This document shows positions 15,601 to 29,145 of a stretch of DNA of 64,000 nt, one piece after another. How positions within the stretch are numbered: position 1 is the first letter of the stretch; every line of letters begins with the position of its first letter. The notes under the pieces were generated by a model that worked only from the letters and a program-made list of their open reading frames with translations, made no database searches and was not told where the DNA came from. Source of the stretch: Octopus vulgaris (lineage: Eukaryota); assembly GCA_951406725.2 (NCBI GenBank), contig OX597814.1:53196001-53260000 (forward strand). The letters are read 5' to 3'. The position numbers were made by a program, and so were the translations under genes.

Positions 15601-17230
15601 CTATGATGAAGGATGTTCCAGTTTTGATCATCGCATCCTTTTAAATTATGTAGGGCTCTAGTATCCAATGGGCCATTTACATATCCAGGACAATAGGATG
15701 TAATTTGAGAAAGATTTGTCTGCCGTTTCTAGCATACAATGACTGAATAATTTATTAAAAATAATCAGAGAAACGCAGTGTTCTCATCAGCGTCGAAGGT
15801 AAATAATAAGAGACAAAATTATGGATTTTTGTCTAGAAATGAATTACTTGTTCATAGGTCGTCAGATCAAATATGCTTAAATCGATTACCTGTAGTATTT
15901 CTGGGCAGAATACCCGAGTTGACTTAATTGTCAGGAAAACACAACAGACCGATTTCGTTCAGCCTCACATTACCTGTCGTCTCAGTAGAATACTCTATTA
16001 TAGAAAACCAATTATTGGTTTTGTTGACGAGCAAAGTGTGATAACCGATGTACATAGTCATCCGTTAACACGTGGGCGACTTCATCGGCCTATGAAGGAT
16101 TCACAATACCAAACAAATTAAATTGCAAGTATTCTATCGATTCAGTAGAATATAATTTATTGTCATTTTCTCGGACAGCTTGCTTGATATAGCTCGAAAA
16201 ATTAACGCAGCATAAATATGCAATTGAGGTCAATGGGTTTTGAGTTTTACATTGTATTTGTTTTTACATGAGTAGATGGTTCAGTTTTAGTTGCTTAGCC
16301 TTACGTCATCTCCGAACGCGCAGTCCTATGATAAAATAGGCGTTCCAATCGCGACCTTTCTGTCTTTTATTGAGATAGTGTGTCTATCAAATGTAGCTCC
16401 AATGCCAAACGTATTCTTCTTTTCCTTAAAACGTTAGGATGTGATTTCATAAAAATTTGGACCGTTAGGCTCTAGTCACTTCCATGACTAGTTAGAGCTA
16501 GTCATGGAAGTGACGACTAAGTGTCATTGAACTACATCAGAGTTAGTTTTGTCTTTCTCCGAGGTTAGTCAAAGAAAAAAGTAACATACTCGTAACCTAT
16601 CAAACTTCTGCTATTTAGTAAAGATATTTTTAAGTTGATCTCTTTCCGGAGCACAATATATAATACTTCTATGGGAAGCAGAAGTCATCATGTGATGTTT
16701 ATGACTGTTCTCAAAGAAGTTAATATTCAAATTTATGTAAATATTATTTAAATCTAAGTTTTTACTTTATAATTTAATTCAATTTACTTTCAATAGATTA
16801 TTGTGAACAATCTGCATTTTTCTGAACTATAAAGTATTTCCGCTAACGGCTGCAATAAGCAGATCAGGTATTTATCTCATTGCCGTAAGAATAATTTCCC
16901 ATTAAGACTAGATATTCATTGTTATAAATCCGTTTATCTATATACTTATTAAAAAAAAAGTAGTGCTTTAATTCTACGGCATTTGTGATATCATGTTAAT
17001 TCGGCCGTTAAGAAATAAATATCATGGCTACCAACAAAACACAACACTAGGGACGAAGTACAAACCACCGACATCCCGTCTAATTGTACTGTACCATAGC
17101 TATATGACCACCTGTTCTTTCAGACTGTGTGCGCGCATGTGTATATGTATGTTTATAACTTTTCTTTCTGTTTTCTTTCTTTCTCAATCCCTGTGTGTGT
17201 GTGTGTGTGTGTGCGTGTGTGTGTGTGTTT

Positions 17231-17593
17231 AGTAAGTAGCTTGCTTATGAACCACATGGTTCCGCGTTCAGTCCCACTACGTGGCACCTTGGGCAAGTGT
17301 CTCCTACTATAGCCTCGGGCCGACCAAAGCCTTGTGAGTGGATTTGGTAGACGGAAACTGAAAGAAGCCCGTCGTATATATGTATGTGTGTGTATATGTT
17401 TGTGCGTCTGTGCTTGTCCCTCCAACATCGCTTGACAACCGATGCTGGTGTGTTTACGTTTCCGTAACTTAGCGGTTCGGCAAAAGAGACCGATAGAATA
17501 AGTACTAGGCTTACAAAGAATAAGCTCTGGGGTCGATTTGCTCGACTAATGGCGGTGCTCCAGCATGGCCGAAGTCAAATGACTGAAACAAGA
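17231..17593 (+). mobile_element. tRNA-derived SINE family A
   Basis: Close match to 45565-45950; internal (TA/TG) microsatellite; tail GGCGGTGCTCCAGCATGGCCGAAGTCAAATGACTGAAACAAG. Confidence 0.85.
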
Positions 17594-17625
<32 letters not shown>

Positions 17626-18989
17626 GTGTATGTATGTGTACATGTATGTGTGTGTGCGTGTGCGTGTAATTAAAGTGTATCATCTTGCTAAATATATTGC
17701 TAAATTAGACATTAAAACAACAAAGAATTCCTGAATAAATTCTAGGCGAACCGTCAGCTATATCCCTCTTTGAAAATGATAAAAAAAAAAAAAAGCAATA
17801 CAAAACCAAAAACACGTACACACAGTTACGTGCGTACACTTCGAGAAACTTAATTATGCTTGTTGTGTAAAGTTTAGAATGCTTGTCTATTCTGCTCTAG
17901 ACGAATAGTTCAATTTCCGTCATGTAAGGAAGAATGTTGAATTTTATTAGTGCTGTTATAGTTTAGCTCTGAGTCGTTTCTAAGCAAGCAGACTTATGAT
18001 TAAAATCATATCAACCATAGCTAATCTGACTGTTTCGTGCACTGTATACATTAGCGCTATCCAATGAACACTTTATTGTTGCTATTGTTGATCAAAAGTA
18101 TTCCTACGTGCAGAACAGATTCTGAGACCGCATTTTCCAACATATCCTTTCCTAGGATAATAGTATGCTAACAGGTTAGACGACCTCGTAGAAGCTTCCT
18201 TGTTGATAGGTTTACTTTTGAAAGACATTAAGGTATACGTTAAGGAAGATTTGACTGCTATTTCATGCAGAGTAGAAACCGTCTCTTTGGTACTCCCCCA
18301 CTGGATATAAAGAGTATGACCCTTATACTGTTTGTGGTGCTCATGGTTTTATAATGAAAAGAGAATGGTTCTCTGCCGGATTGGATGATGAGTATTCCAG
18401 TTGTTCGATCAACTCAACGGTTTGCTCATTGAATTAGTATGTAAAGAAAGTGACTGAGTATCCCACAAACATTTGTACCACTGACGTAATCTTCAGGCAT
18501 TACTTCTGTACAATTGCCATATGTTCAGTTTCATCCACAAGTTTCAGCGTTATATATTGGACAATCAATATGTAACACAAGGCTTAACTAGATCCGAGGC
18601 TATGGTTAGAACAATGGTTCAAGATGCCATGCAGCAGAATCGAACCCGGGTCCCACATGACTGGATCATCGTAAAATGGATTTTTTCGTTACCAACCATT
18701 TTATTACTGCTGCCATTTTCATTGCTTCTGTTGCCACTACAACTGCTGTCGCCGCAATTATGTTGCTTTTAAGTGACCTAAAGTAAAACCTTCCATTAAA
18801 CTTTTATGCTAATTTAGGTACAAAACACCAGCTGAATAAAGACAAAGCTATTTTACTAAATTCTCAATTATTTTCAAAATAATTTGAAACAAGAGTATTG
18901 TATTTCAACAAAACTATGTTAATAAAATGACTTACTAGAATGAAACTCTTCTATTCTCTTATATTTCATTCATTCTTTTATTCTTTAAA

Positions 18990-19295
18990 TGCGAAGGCCC
19001 GTGGCTTACTGGTTAGAGCATTCGGCTCATGATCGTAAGGTCGTGAGTTCGTATTCCTGGCGGCGCGTTGTGTTTAAGTTGCTCAACTCCACTCATCTGG
19101 CAAAAATGAGTTGTATCTGTATTTCAAAGGACCAGCCTTGTCACATTCTGCGTCACGTTGAATTTCTCTGAGAACTATATTAAGAGTACGCATGTCTTTG
19201 GAATGCTCAACCACTTGCACATTAATATCACGAGCAGGCTGTTCGGTTGATCGGATCAACTGGAACCCTTGTCGTCGCAACCGACGGAGTGCCAG
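18990..19295 (+). mobile_element. tRNA-derived SINE (family D)
   Basis: A box TGGCTTACTGG, B box GAGTTCGTATT; 3' body CACGAGCAGGCTGTT..GATCGGATCAACTGGAACCC..CCGACGGAGTGCC also found inverted at ~18375-18500 and ~29245-29385. Confidence 0.75.
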
Positions 19296-19512
19296 TTTAT
19301 ACTTTAAATCGTTTTAGTTAGTGGACTACAACCATGTTGGGACAGCGCTCTTTCCAGAGAATTTTTAAATGATCATAATGACACCATTACTCATCTTCAG
19401 TTTGTTACTTACTTTATCTTTCTGTTTTTTATTGATTGTCCAATATATTATGTATCGGTTAAAAGAAAGGGAAGGAAAGACTTAATGACCCTTTATACTT
19501 AAAGATAATTTT

Positions 19513-19676
19513 AGGAGTAGGCGTGGCAGTGTGGATAAGAAACTCGCCTTGAAACAGGCGGTTGCAAGTTCAGTTCTACAGTGCAGCACCTTAGGCAAGC
19601 ATCTTCTACCATAGCCATGGGTCAATTAACGCCAAGTGAGGAAATTTGACCCAAGAGACTATGTGATAGTCCATAG

Positions 19677-19760
<84 letters not shown>

Positions 19761-19967
19761 TATGTTTGTGTGTCTTTCAGTTTGTTCCTCGCCACTGCTT
19801 GACAACTGGTCTTGGATGTTTTACGTCTCCGTCAGCAAAAGGGACTGATAAAATAAGTATCAAATTGTTTAAATATAAGTACTGGGGTCGATTGTTTCGA
19901 CTAAACCTGTCATGGTGTGACCCAGAATGGCCACCGTCCAATGACTGAAAGAAATAAAAGACAAAAG
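19513..19967 (+). mobile_element. Diverged SINE family A
   Basis: Colinear with 45565-45950 including the tail; expanded internal (TC)(TA) repeat. Confidence 0.7.
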
Positions 19968-20776
19968 GGTAGGCCTCTGAAACTGGTTGGACCGAGTGTT
20001 AAACCGGATAACAGATTATGTCTTGTGGCAACAGGTAGTCTCTTAAGCAGTGATAATGTGTCAAACACATACACTGCTTAAAACATATACACAGATAAAT
20101 ACGCACACACAGACACACACGTGTATGCATGCATGTATATATCTTTTAATCTTTTACTTGTTTCAGACATCTAATTGCGGCTGTGCTGCAGCATGGCCAC
20201 AATCTTAGGGCTGAAACATATAATAGAATAATAGAATACACACACACATATTTTATAATTATATACATAATTATAACAAGGGCTTGGCTTGCGCCTCACT
20301 ACGCACTGAAAAATAGACGTCAAAAGACACTATTGCCACCATAAATTCTCCGAGAAAAACACACTACATAATAGGCCAGTAGAAGAAAGAAAATGAATTT
20401 CAACTTTGGTCAACCGCGTACATAATCGGGTTTCGGGCTGAAAGTAATAAAAAACTCTACCTTTCTGCTTTCATCAGCGACGGTTTACCCAGGCATATAA
20501 ATACGAGTGGCTACGTGTATGCAAGCGAGCTACACCAGCGCTTATCTTATACCCGTTGAGACTCGCAGATATATGCTGCGAAGTAGAATTGACATCCTTC
20601 TCTCATAGCCACGTGCAGTGTGTTCAAGATCAAGTCTGCAGTTAATACAGTTTTGATCAAGGAGTAAATATTTTTTCAAATATTAATTATAATAATAATA
20701 AAGGGTAAAATCATAAATGATTTTTACCAAGTGGTCAGCGCGGAAATAAAATCTTGTAGGTAAATTTATATAAATA

Positions 20777-21105
20777 TCCTCGTGCCGACCAAAACCTTGT
20801 GAGTGAATTTGGTAGACGGAAACTGAATGAAGCCCGTCGTATATACATATACGTGTATGTTTGTGTGTGTGAGTGTATGCGTGCGTTTATGTGTCTCTGT
20901 TTTTCCTCCATCACCGCTTGACAACTGATGTTGGTGTGTTTTCGTCCCCATAAGTTTGCAGTTGGGCAAAACGAGGCCGATAGAATAAGTACCAGGCTTG
21001 AAAAAATAAGCACTGAAGTCGATTCATTGAACTAAAAATTCTTCAAGGCGGTGCCCCAGCATGGCCGCAATCTAGTGACTGAAACAGTTAAACGATAAAA
21101 GATAA
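20777..21105 (+). mobile_element. 5'-truncated SINE family A
   Basis: GCCGACC..CCTTGTGAGTG..GGTAGACGGAAACTGA through the GGCGGTGCCCCAGCATGGCCGC tail. Confidence 0.8.
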
Positions 21106-21784
21106 AAAAAACCACAAGCTGCTTCAAGCCACACCATTCAGCCATAAAATCAAATAACGATGACAACAAAATGATAAATGATAATTACGGCTTACAACAA
21201 AAGTCCACGTGGCAGCTGAAATAGGCTTGTTGATTTATAATTATCAGCTAGTTTTCTTTAGAAGATTAAATGTACTTTCTGAATAGAAATGTTTATACTG
21301 CATCTTCATTCCAACACTTGATATATTTATCTGTTTATCCCTACAGGCACACACACCCACCTTCATTCACACCTACGTACACATACACACACACAATGCA
21401 GAGATATACTTACATGTACACACATGCAAACATTCATACATACATGCATTTGTTGTACTGTTTATTAGTCGTAAGACACCCGCTGTTTTTGTCCTGTTTT
21501 TACCATTATTGTTTTTTGTATTTTATATTCGTGTGGCATCGTCCGTTTTTCTGTCCCTGTTTCGCATACATTCGATCCTTCTTCCAAGAAATCTAATGCT
21601 CGTAGCTTAGTTTTTCCTTGGGGCTGGCCGGATCGGAGCGATCTCAAGATTAATCAGCCGAAATTGCTAGGATGATCCGGTTCCTGACTGAAGATTGAAG
21701 GCTTCGAATACTCCCGTCCGTTTTTTTTGTATCGTTTTCTAAATGTTTTACGTTCTTGTCCCAGCTTGGATTTTTCTACATAGT

Positions 21785-21785
21785 T

Positions 21786-21835
<50 letters not shown>

Positions 21836-21898
21836 ATATATATATATGTATATATGTATGTATATATATATATGTGTATATATATATATATATATGTG

Positions 21899-21930
<32 letters not shown>

Positions 21931-22042
21931 TATATATATATATGTATGTATATGTATATATGTATATATGTATGTATATATATATATATGTATATGTATA
22001 TATATATGTATGTATATGTATATATATATATATATATGTATG

Positions 22043-22074
<32 letters not shown>
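21785..22074. repeat. (TA)n/(TG) compound microsatellite flanking Tc1
   Basis: Direct tandem array. Confidence 0.95.
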
Positions 22075-23765
22075 CACTACCGTCAGAAATTAATTACCAC
22101 CCTTGATTTGCTCTTCACTCAAGGTATTTGCTGTCACCTAGTGGCCATATCTCGAACTATTGCTTTGTTGCGAGTTCACTGTTGCGCAGAACGATGACGT
22201 AACTTTGTTTGCAGAGCGGTTTGAGAGTCTACAGCCTAATGATGTTGACATAGCAGTGCAACAATAACTTGGAGTGCGGATGCAGACAAATCTTCCTTTG
22301 TTTAATAGATATAGGTAGCGCCTCGCAAGGACCGAAATCACACCGTACTAAGTTTTCTCATCGCGTAAGATGTTTTGAACAGCTCGTAGGTTAATTGATT
22401 TGTGTATTTGCAAGATTTTTTTCCTCACAAATTCTCCTACACTCTGCTTGGTGACATCACTTCCGGTTCACAAAACTTTCTGTTATACATCAAATAAGGT
22501 GAGAAATTCTGCTTTCTTTCTTTTTTGTTTCATGAATAATAACTCATAGCAGTTTTGTTATAGCATAACATTATTCAAATGAATAGTTTTAATGAAAATA
22601 ACTGGTTTTTATCGTTCATTCCTAGATGGGCCCAAGACCTCGCATGACCTTGGAGAGACGGTACGAGGCTCTCTCGTGGCGTGGGAAGCTGTCGGAGGCT
22701 GCAATAGCCAGAAAACTTGGTGTAGCCAGGCGCACAATTCAGTGCTTATTTAAGAAATACGAGGAAACCGGATCAGCAGCTGACAAAAAGGGTAGGGGAC
22801 GGAAGAGGCTGACGACCCAGCGGGAGGACCGGATGCTGATCCGAAAGTCACTGTACAACCGAAGGGCAACTGGCGGAGGAGATGCAAAAGATGACAGGGA
22901 AGCAGTTGTCTACAACCACCGTCAAGACCAGATTACTGGAAGCTGGTCTAAAATCCTGTAGGGCCGCCCGTAAATCGCTCCTTACAGCCCAAAACCGGAA
23001 GAGGCGGCTGCTCTGGGCCCGTGCCCACAAGATATGGACCGTGCAGCAGTGGCGGACAGTGATGTTCACTGACGAGTCGCGATTCAGTCTCGTCAGTGAC
23101 AAGCCTGTCCATGTGCGACGCCGCAGGGGTGAGCGCTTCAACAAAGACTGCATTGCTCCCATCATGAAGCATGGTGGGGGTGGTCTGATGGTGTGAGGGG
23201 CGTTCAGCTACAGTGGTGTTGGGCGGCTCTATGCCGTCGAAGGCAACATCAACGCAGCAAAGTACGTTGAGATAGTACGGGATACCTCTTTGGTGGCGAG
23301 GAGTACGTGCTCCAGCAGGACAACGCGCCTTCCCACACAGCCAAGCTCACAACCGGTTTCTTCAAGGACCATGGGGTGACGGTCATGGACTGGCCTGGCC
23401 AGTCACCTGACCTGAACCCTATTGAGAACCTCTGGAGTCGATTGGGTAGGGATTTGAATGTGCAGCAATACAGGAACCGACACGAGCTAAGTTTGGGGCA
23501 CTTCTTGTTGCATGGAGGGCCATCCCTGCACAGTACCTGCAGGCACTCATAGACAGCATGCCGACCCGCGTAGCAGCTGTCATTGCTGCCAAAGGAGGAG
23601 CAACAAGATATTGACTAAATTTCACGATTAATAACAATTATTTGGTGTGCTGGGATATGTTTTAATAAATTTTTGATTAAAAACGAGTTTGTTTCTGATA
23701 ATAAGTTAATTAAATTAAGAAAATGTAGAAATTTGAGAAGTGCTAATTAATTTCCGACGCAAGTG
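22075..23765 (+). mobile_element. Full-length decayed Tc1/mariner DNA transposon (~1.69 kb)
   Basis: 26-bp TIRs CACTACCGTCAGAAATTAATTACCAC / GTGCTAATTAATTTCCGACGCAAGTG (4 mismatches), TA on both sides, internal transposase. Confidence 0.93.
22626..23614 (+). pseudogene. Tc1-family DD34E transposase pseudogene
   Basis: HTH region then GRGRKR; motifs FTDESRF, KHGGG, QQDNAPSH, WPGQSPDLNPIENLW with 34 residues between D2 and E; ends AAKGGATRY*; frameshifts and a TGA at the expected LMVW. Confidence 0.93.
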
Positions 23766-23774
23766 TATATACAT

Positions 23775-23868
<94 letters not shown>

Positions 23869-24195
23869 ATATATATATATATATATGTCTATGTGTATAT
23901 ATATATATATATGTATGTCTATGTATAGATATGTTGTAGTTATAAAGCAGTTTTTCTTATGGTTTAAATAACAGTTTTTATCCTGTATTTCCCTGTTGTA
24001 GCAGTGTTTGCAGTTATATTTTTGTTACGTTAGTAACTGTTTTATCTTGTAACTTATTAACTGTTTTTATTGATGTTGCAATTTTAAAAGCTAAATTTTA
24101 TTATAGCTTTGAGAACTGTGTCTGTTCTAATTTCGTAGCAATTTACGAAGCTGTTTTTGTCGTAACTTTAATAGCTGCTTCTACTTTAATTTTAA

Positions 24196-24600
24196 CTAGC
24201 AGTATCGCCCGGCGTTGCTCGGGTTTGTAAGGAAATAACTATATAAGCATTTTTAGAGATGTAAAGTATAATAGCCATCTCAATATGGCTAACCACAAGG
24301 GGTGGTGGTGTTACTGTAGCTTTTTACGTTCTGAGATTTATATATATATAATATATATATATTAGAGTATACTTCCATTATATATGCCAAAAATGCATGT
24401 AAAATATGGGAAAAATTGATGGTAATTTTCTATGTATATATATATATCGTAGACTCATCGTAGAAGGGTTCGTATATATATCACGACTATAAGTATACCC
24501 GGTTTTGTGTATATACTGCACCGGATAATATATGTAGTCTATGTATATCTAAATCGTAGGAGACTATGTATATATATATATATATATATATATAGATTTT
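24196..24600 (-). mobile_element. Non-autonomous Helitron-like element
   Basis: Minus-strand 3' end CCCGAGCAACGCCGGG hairpin then CTAG|TT; 5' end near A|TCTATATA is uncertain because the sequence is corrupted. Confidence 0.65.
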
Positions 24601-24708
24601 CCTTTTTGCAATATATATATATGTATATATATATGTAACATGATATAGCTATCTATATGTTGTAACATTGGTACCAGATATATGTATATATATAACTGTG
24701 GTTTTCAT

Positions 24709-25673
24709 ATCTTTTCGGTTTGAACGGCAGTTTTTTCTAGCGGTGTCATATGATATATTGTCACCTATAATATGGATATATAGTATATATATATGCATAT
24801 ATATATATCTATTTTATATAGGGTTAGTTAAAGTTAGGGCTAGGGATGGGCAGCTCATAGCTGAAGGTATCTTTTATATGTATATATATATATATGTATA
24901 TATATATATGTATATATATATAGGGATATATATATATGTATATATATATATGATATATATATATATATATAGACGTCACTTCTATATATCCCCGTCTGTC
25001 TATATAGACAATGGGTTGCGCCAAGGGTGGGGCCTACTTTGATGATATATGTATATATGTGTCTGCTGTGACTGATATAGTATATATATATATATGTATA
25101 TATATCCGTATATATATATGTATATATATATGTATATATATATGGGCTGCCCAGACACCAGTATATATATATATATATATATAATCCATATATGTATATG
25201 CAGTGCAGTATATATATGTATATATGTATATATGCCGGATATATGTATATATATATGTACACCCTACCGCCTTCGGGGCTCCATTCCGGATTATATATGT
25301 ATATATATGGGTATATATATCTCCCATAGCCTTTGTATAAGAGCATCCGCAAGGCAGCGGAGCGAGGGTTTGTATATAGTTTTCCTTCTCCTAGACTGGC
25401 TGCCAACCAAGGCTATACGTATAGTATACCTGGTTATACCGCCAAGCACCCGGTCGCGCCACACAGCAGGCTCAGTGAGAACAGGGGGTACCGCGTGAAG
25501 GTGCTGCTGTGGACACAGTAGTGCAGGAGAGGCCATAAGCAAGAACTTTCCACAAGGTGCAGCCAAGTAGAAGTTCTGCAGCGATCATTACACCTGGAGA
25601 GGAGAGGCTATGAGTGACGCATCACTATCCTTGCCCCCCCCCCCCGTCACTGATTGGTTGAAATTGCAGATAT

Positions 25674-25715
<42 letters not shown>

Positions 25716-25723
25716 AACCATAG

Positions 25724-25765
<42 letters not shown>

Positions 25766-25862
25766 GTTATATATAAACACATTCTACCTGTATACGAAGT
25801 TATAAAAGTGTTTAGTTACCTAGATATATTATGTTAAAAACTGCCGTTCAAACCGAAAAGAT
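24709..25862. mobile_element. Non-autonomous DNA transposon with 27-bp perfect TIRs, probably carrying a nested insert
   Basis: ATCTTTTCGGTTTGAACGGCAGTTTTT at 24709-24735 and its exact reverse complement at 25836-25862; internal GGGTTAG-like repeats. Confidence 0.75.
25000..25565 (-). mobile_element. Possible RTE-clade LINE 5'UTR fragment nested in the TIR element
   Basis: Minus-strand GGCAGCCAGTCTAGGAGAAGGAAAACT..AAACC motif, recalled from RTE-type 5'UTRs; GC-richer than flanks; unverified. Confidence 0.35.
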
Positions 25863-26087
25863 CCTTTTGATGACCTGTTTATTGTACTTCCGCAGTTGGT
25901 ATATATATATCATATATAACAGTTTTTGATATATACAACTTATACTATATATATATTCCTATATATATATATATATATATATATATTCCATCGTATTTTT
26001 ATATATATATTTCATCATCATTAAAAAGACTGCGAGCATATATATATACAGCTAAAATTATAAAGTCATATCGAATCCAGTATATAG

Positions 26088-26225
26088 ACGCAGGAGTGGC
26101 TGTGTGGTAAGTATCTTGCGTACGAACCACATGGTTCCGGGTTCATTCCCACTACCTTGGGCAAGTGTTTTCTATATATATATATATATGCCTTGCGAGT
26201 ATGTTGGTACACGGAAACTGAAAGA
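26088..26225 (+). mobile_element. SINE family A head (corrupted)
   Basis: GCAGGAGTGGCTGTGTGGTAAG..CCACATGGTTCCGGGTTCA matches 45565 onward. Confidence 0.75.
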
Positions 26226-26577
26226 TTTGGTATATATATATATATATATATATATATGAGGGTAGCTATATATATAACTCCATATATATATGTATAGTGC
26301 CATATATATATGTATATATATAGATATATAACAGTATATATGTACGCGAGATATTCACGCGTCCCGCTAGTATATATATATCGGTATATCTCGAGGATAT
26401 ATGTATATCAGCCTCCGCACTATGGTATATATATATGTATATATATATAAAAAGATGAAAGATGGCTACAGTAGGATATATATATATATATAAGGTTGCG
26501 TGTCGAAAGAAGTCATATATATTTTCTATGTGCTATATAACGATTCCGCCATATAGCAGCATATTTTATATATATAT

Positions 26578-27366
26578 CGTTTCTGATTTCGGCGTAAGAC
26601 CTGCCGTTTTTGAGGGTGAGCTCAACGGAGCCATCAACCGCAGTGCTTGAGTGGTCCTTTATTATATCCAAAAGGATGAACGGCAAAGTTGGCCTCGGCG
26701 CGACTTGAACTCACATATGTGAAGAACCAGAACGATATGTATACAAATATATTCTTTCCAGCATATATGTTCCTATATATATATTTATATATATATATAT
26801 AGAAGGGACATATATATAGGATATATATATGTATATATATGTATCGATTACATCGTATATGTATAACTGGTATATATATATATATGTATAAAGGATGTAT
26901 ATGTATATATGTCGACCTCAGTGGATATTGTATAACTCAGAACGTATATGGCAGACGAAATATGTATTTCTTTACTACCCACATATGTAAACACAGAGGA
27001 CAAACAAGGACAGACAAAGGGATATATATATCGATTACATCGACCCCAGTGCGTAACTGGTCCTTATTTATATATATATAGGATGAAAGTATATGTATAT
27101 ATTTGAACTCATGTAACGTATATGGCAGACGAAATACCTATTTCTATGTACTACCCACAAGGGGCTAAACATAGAGAAGACAAACAAGGACAGGCAAACG
27201 GATATATATATGATTATATCGACCCCAGTGCGTAACTGGTACTATATATTTATCGACCTCGATATTGATGAAAGCAAAGTCGACCTCGGCGGAATTTGAA
27301 CTCAGAACGTAGCGGCAGACGAAATACCGCTAAGCATGTCGCCCGGCGTGCTAACGATTCTGCCGG
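26578..27366 (-). mobile_element. SINE family B cluster/multimer (corrupted)
   Basis: Repeated reverse-complement cores (CGACCCCAGTGCGTAACTGGT, GGATGAAAG, GAACTCAGAACGTA) with the head at ~27366. Confidence 0.7.
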
Positions 27367-28226
27367 TTCACAAACGCCCCCACCAATGACTATATATAGA
27401 AGCGCATGCGTAGTATATATGATCTCCTACCCCATCATCTTCATAAAAGAAAACTAAAAAATAAAAGTAAAAACAGAGGCAAGAATGGAATACCGTTGAA
27501 CGTATATATGTATATATATATATAGCAGTAATATATATATATGAACAATATATATGTATATATATATATAGCAACAACAACAACAACCCAATAACAACAT
27601 ATATATATCAATATATACGGCGGCGTATATCGTAGCAACCGTATATATATGTCTGTATAGAAGTGTAACGTATATAGTATGGAGTAAGGCGATATATGTA
27701 TATATGTATATAGGTATATATATGGGCTAGCAGGAGGTACGTTGGACGATCAGCGATATATATATGGTGAAAAAGAAGGTGGAAAGTGGGGGCGAAAATG
27801 GCGGCGGAGGGAGGAGACGTGGCCATTATAAATGGCGACGATTTGAAAGGTGATATATATATATATATATGTACGATCTCGTATATCATATTCATCGCCT
27901 GTGATAACAAAACGAGATATGATATATATGTATCCATATATGTATATATATATATGCATATATATATATGTACACACACAAACCTATATATATATATGTA
28001 TATATATGTATATATATATATGCATATACACATAAGCATATACACATTCACGAACACATATACTATAGTGTATATATATGTATAAAATATACGTATATTT
28101 ATATATTGTGTGTTATATGTACTGTACATACAAACACACACACATATATGTAGTATGTATGTACGTATGTATGTATGTATATGCTATGTATATATATATG
28201 TATATATATGTCCATGAAAGCATATG

Positions 28227-28261
<35 letters not shown>

Positions 28262-28433
28262 ATATGTATGTATATGTGTGTATATGTTTGTTATATATAT
28301 ATGTATATATATGTCCATATATATATATTATAGTGTGTGTATATATATATATATATATATGTATGTATATATATGTGTATATATATGTATATATATATAT
28401 GGATATATGTCCATGTAAGCATATATAAGTGTG

Positions 28434-28468
<35 letters not shown>

Positions 28469-28513
28469 GTATGTATGTCTGTATGTATGTATATATATAT
28501 ATATATATATGTT

Positions 28514-28556
<43 letters not shown>

Positions 28557-28859
28557 GACACTAAAATAGATATTTAAAAATTGAGAAACGAGAGAAATGA
28601 GGAATTAACTTTAATTTTAACAACGAATTTAAAACCAGTAGTCCAAGCACAAAAAATCTGAGGAGTCAGAGAAAATTCAAATATCAGCTGCCCCTGGTTC
28701 GATTCAATGCGTGTTTCCTGCTAGGTAGCCGGCCAGAATGCTGATGAAGGGGAAGATCATTGTTTGTCTTGTACCCTGTTTTTTCATGCCAATATACATA
28801 TATATATAGATATATATAATTTCAATCGGAGATAGATCACGATATATATAGACAGATAG

Positions 28860-29145
28860 CACAAGTCCGCAAGGTTGTGTATATGGAAGACCAGCAGTCG
28901 TCCAAGCTTACAAGCCTCCCCTCGCCACGCCACCGATGTATACATCCAAGGAAAAGAGGTGACCGATACAGCTTGGCACCATGCTAGAAAGGGCATCCCA
29001 ACTCATTTCTACAGCTGAGTTAACTGGAGCAAGGGAATAAAAGTGCCTATGCTCAAGAACAACACGCAGCTCAAGTCCGGGATCAATGCTGCACAACCGC
29101 ACGATCGTAAGTTCGGCCATCTGTAACCACTGCGCCAGCGCCTAA
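28860..29145 (-). mobile_element. tRNA-derived SINE (family C2)
   Basis: tRNA-like head on the minus strand; body shared with 31830-32165. Confidence 0.6.

Noticed and set aside
21743-22197. Many overlapping ORFs rich in YI/VC/HT (also near 3.2, 11.8, 27-28.5, 38.1-38.5, 44.6 and 60.8-61.5 kb)
   Set aside because: Translations of (TA)/(CA)/(GCAC) microsatellites, not genes
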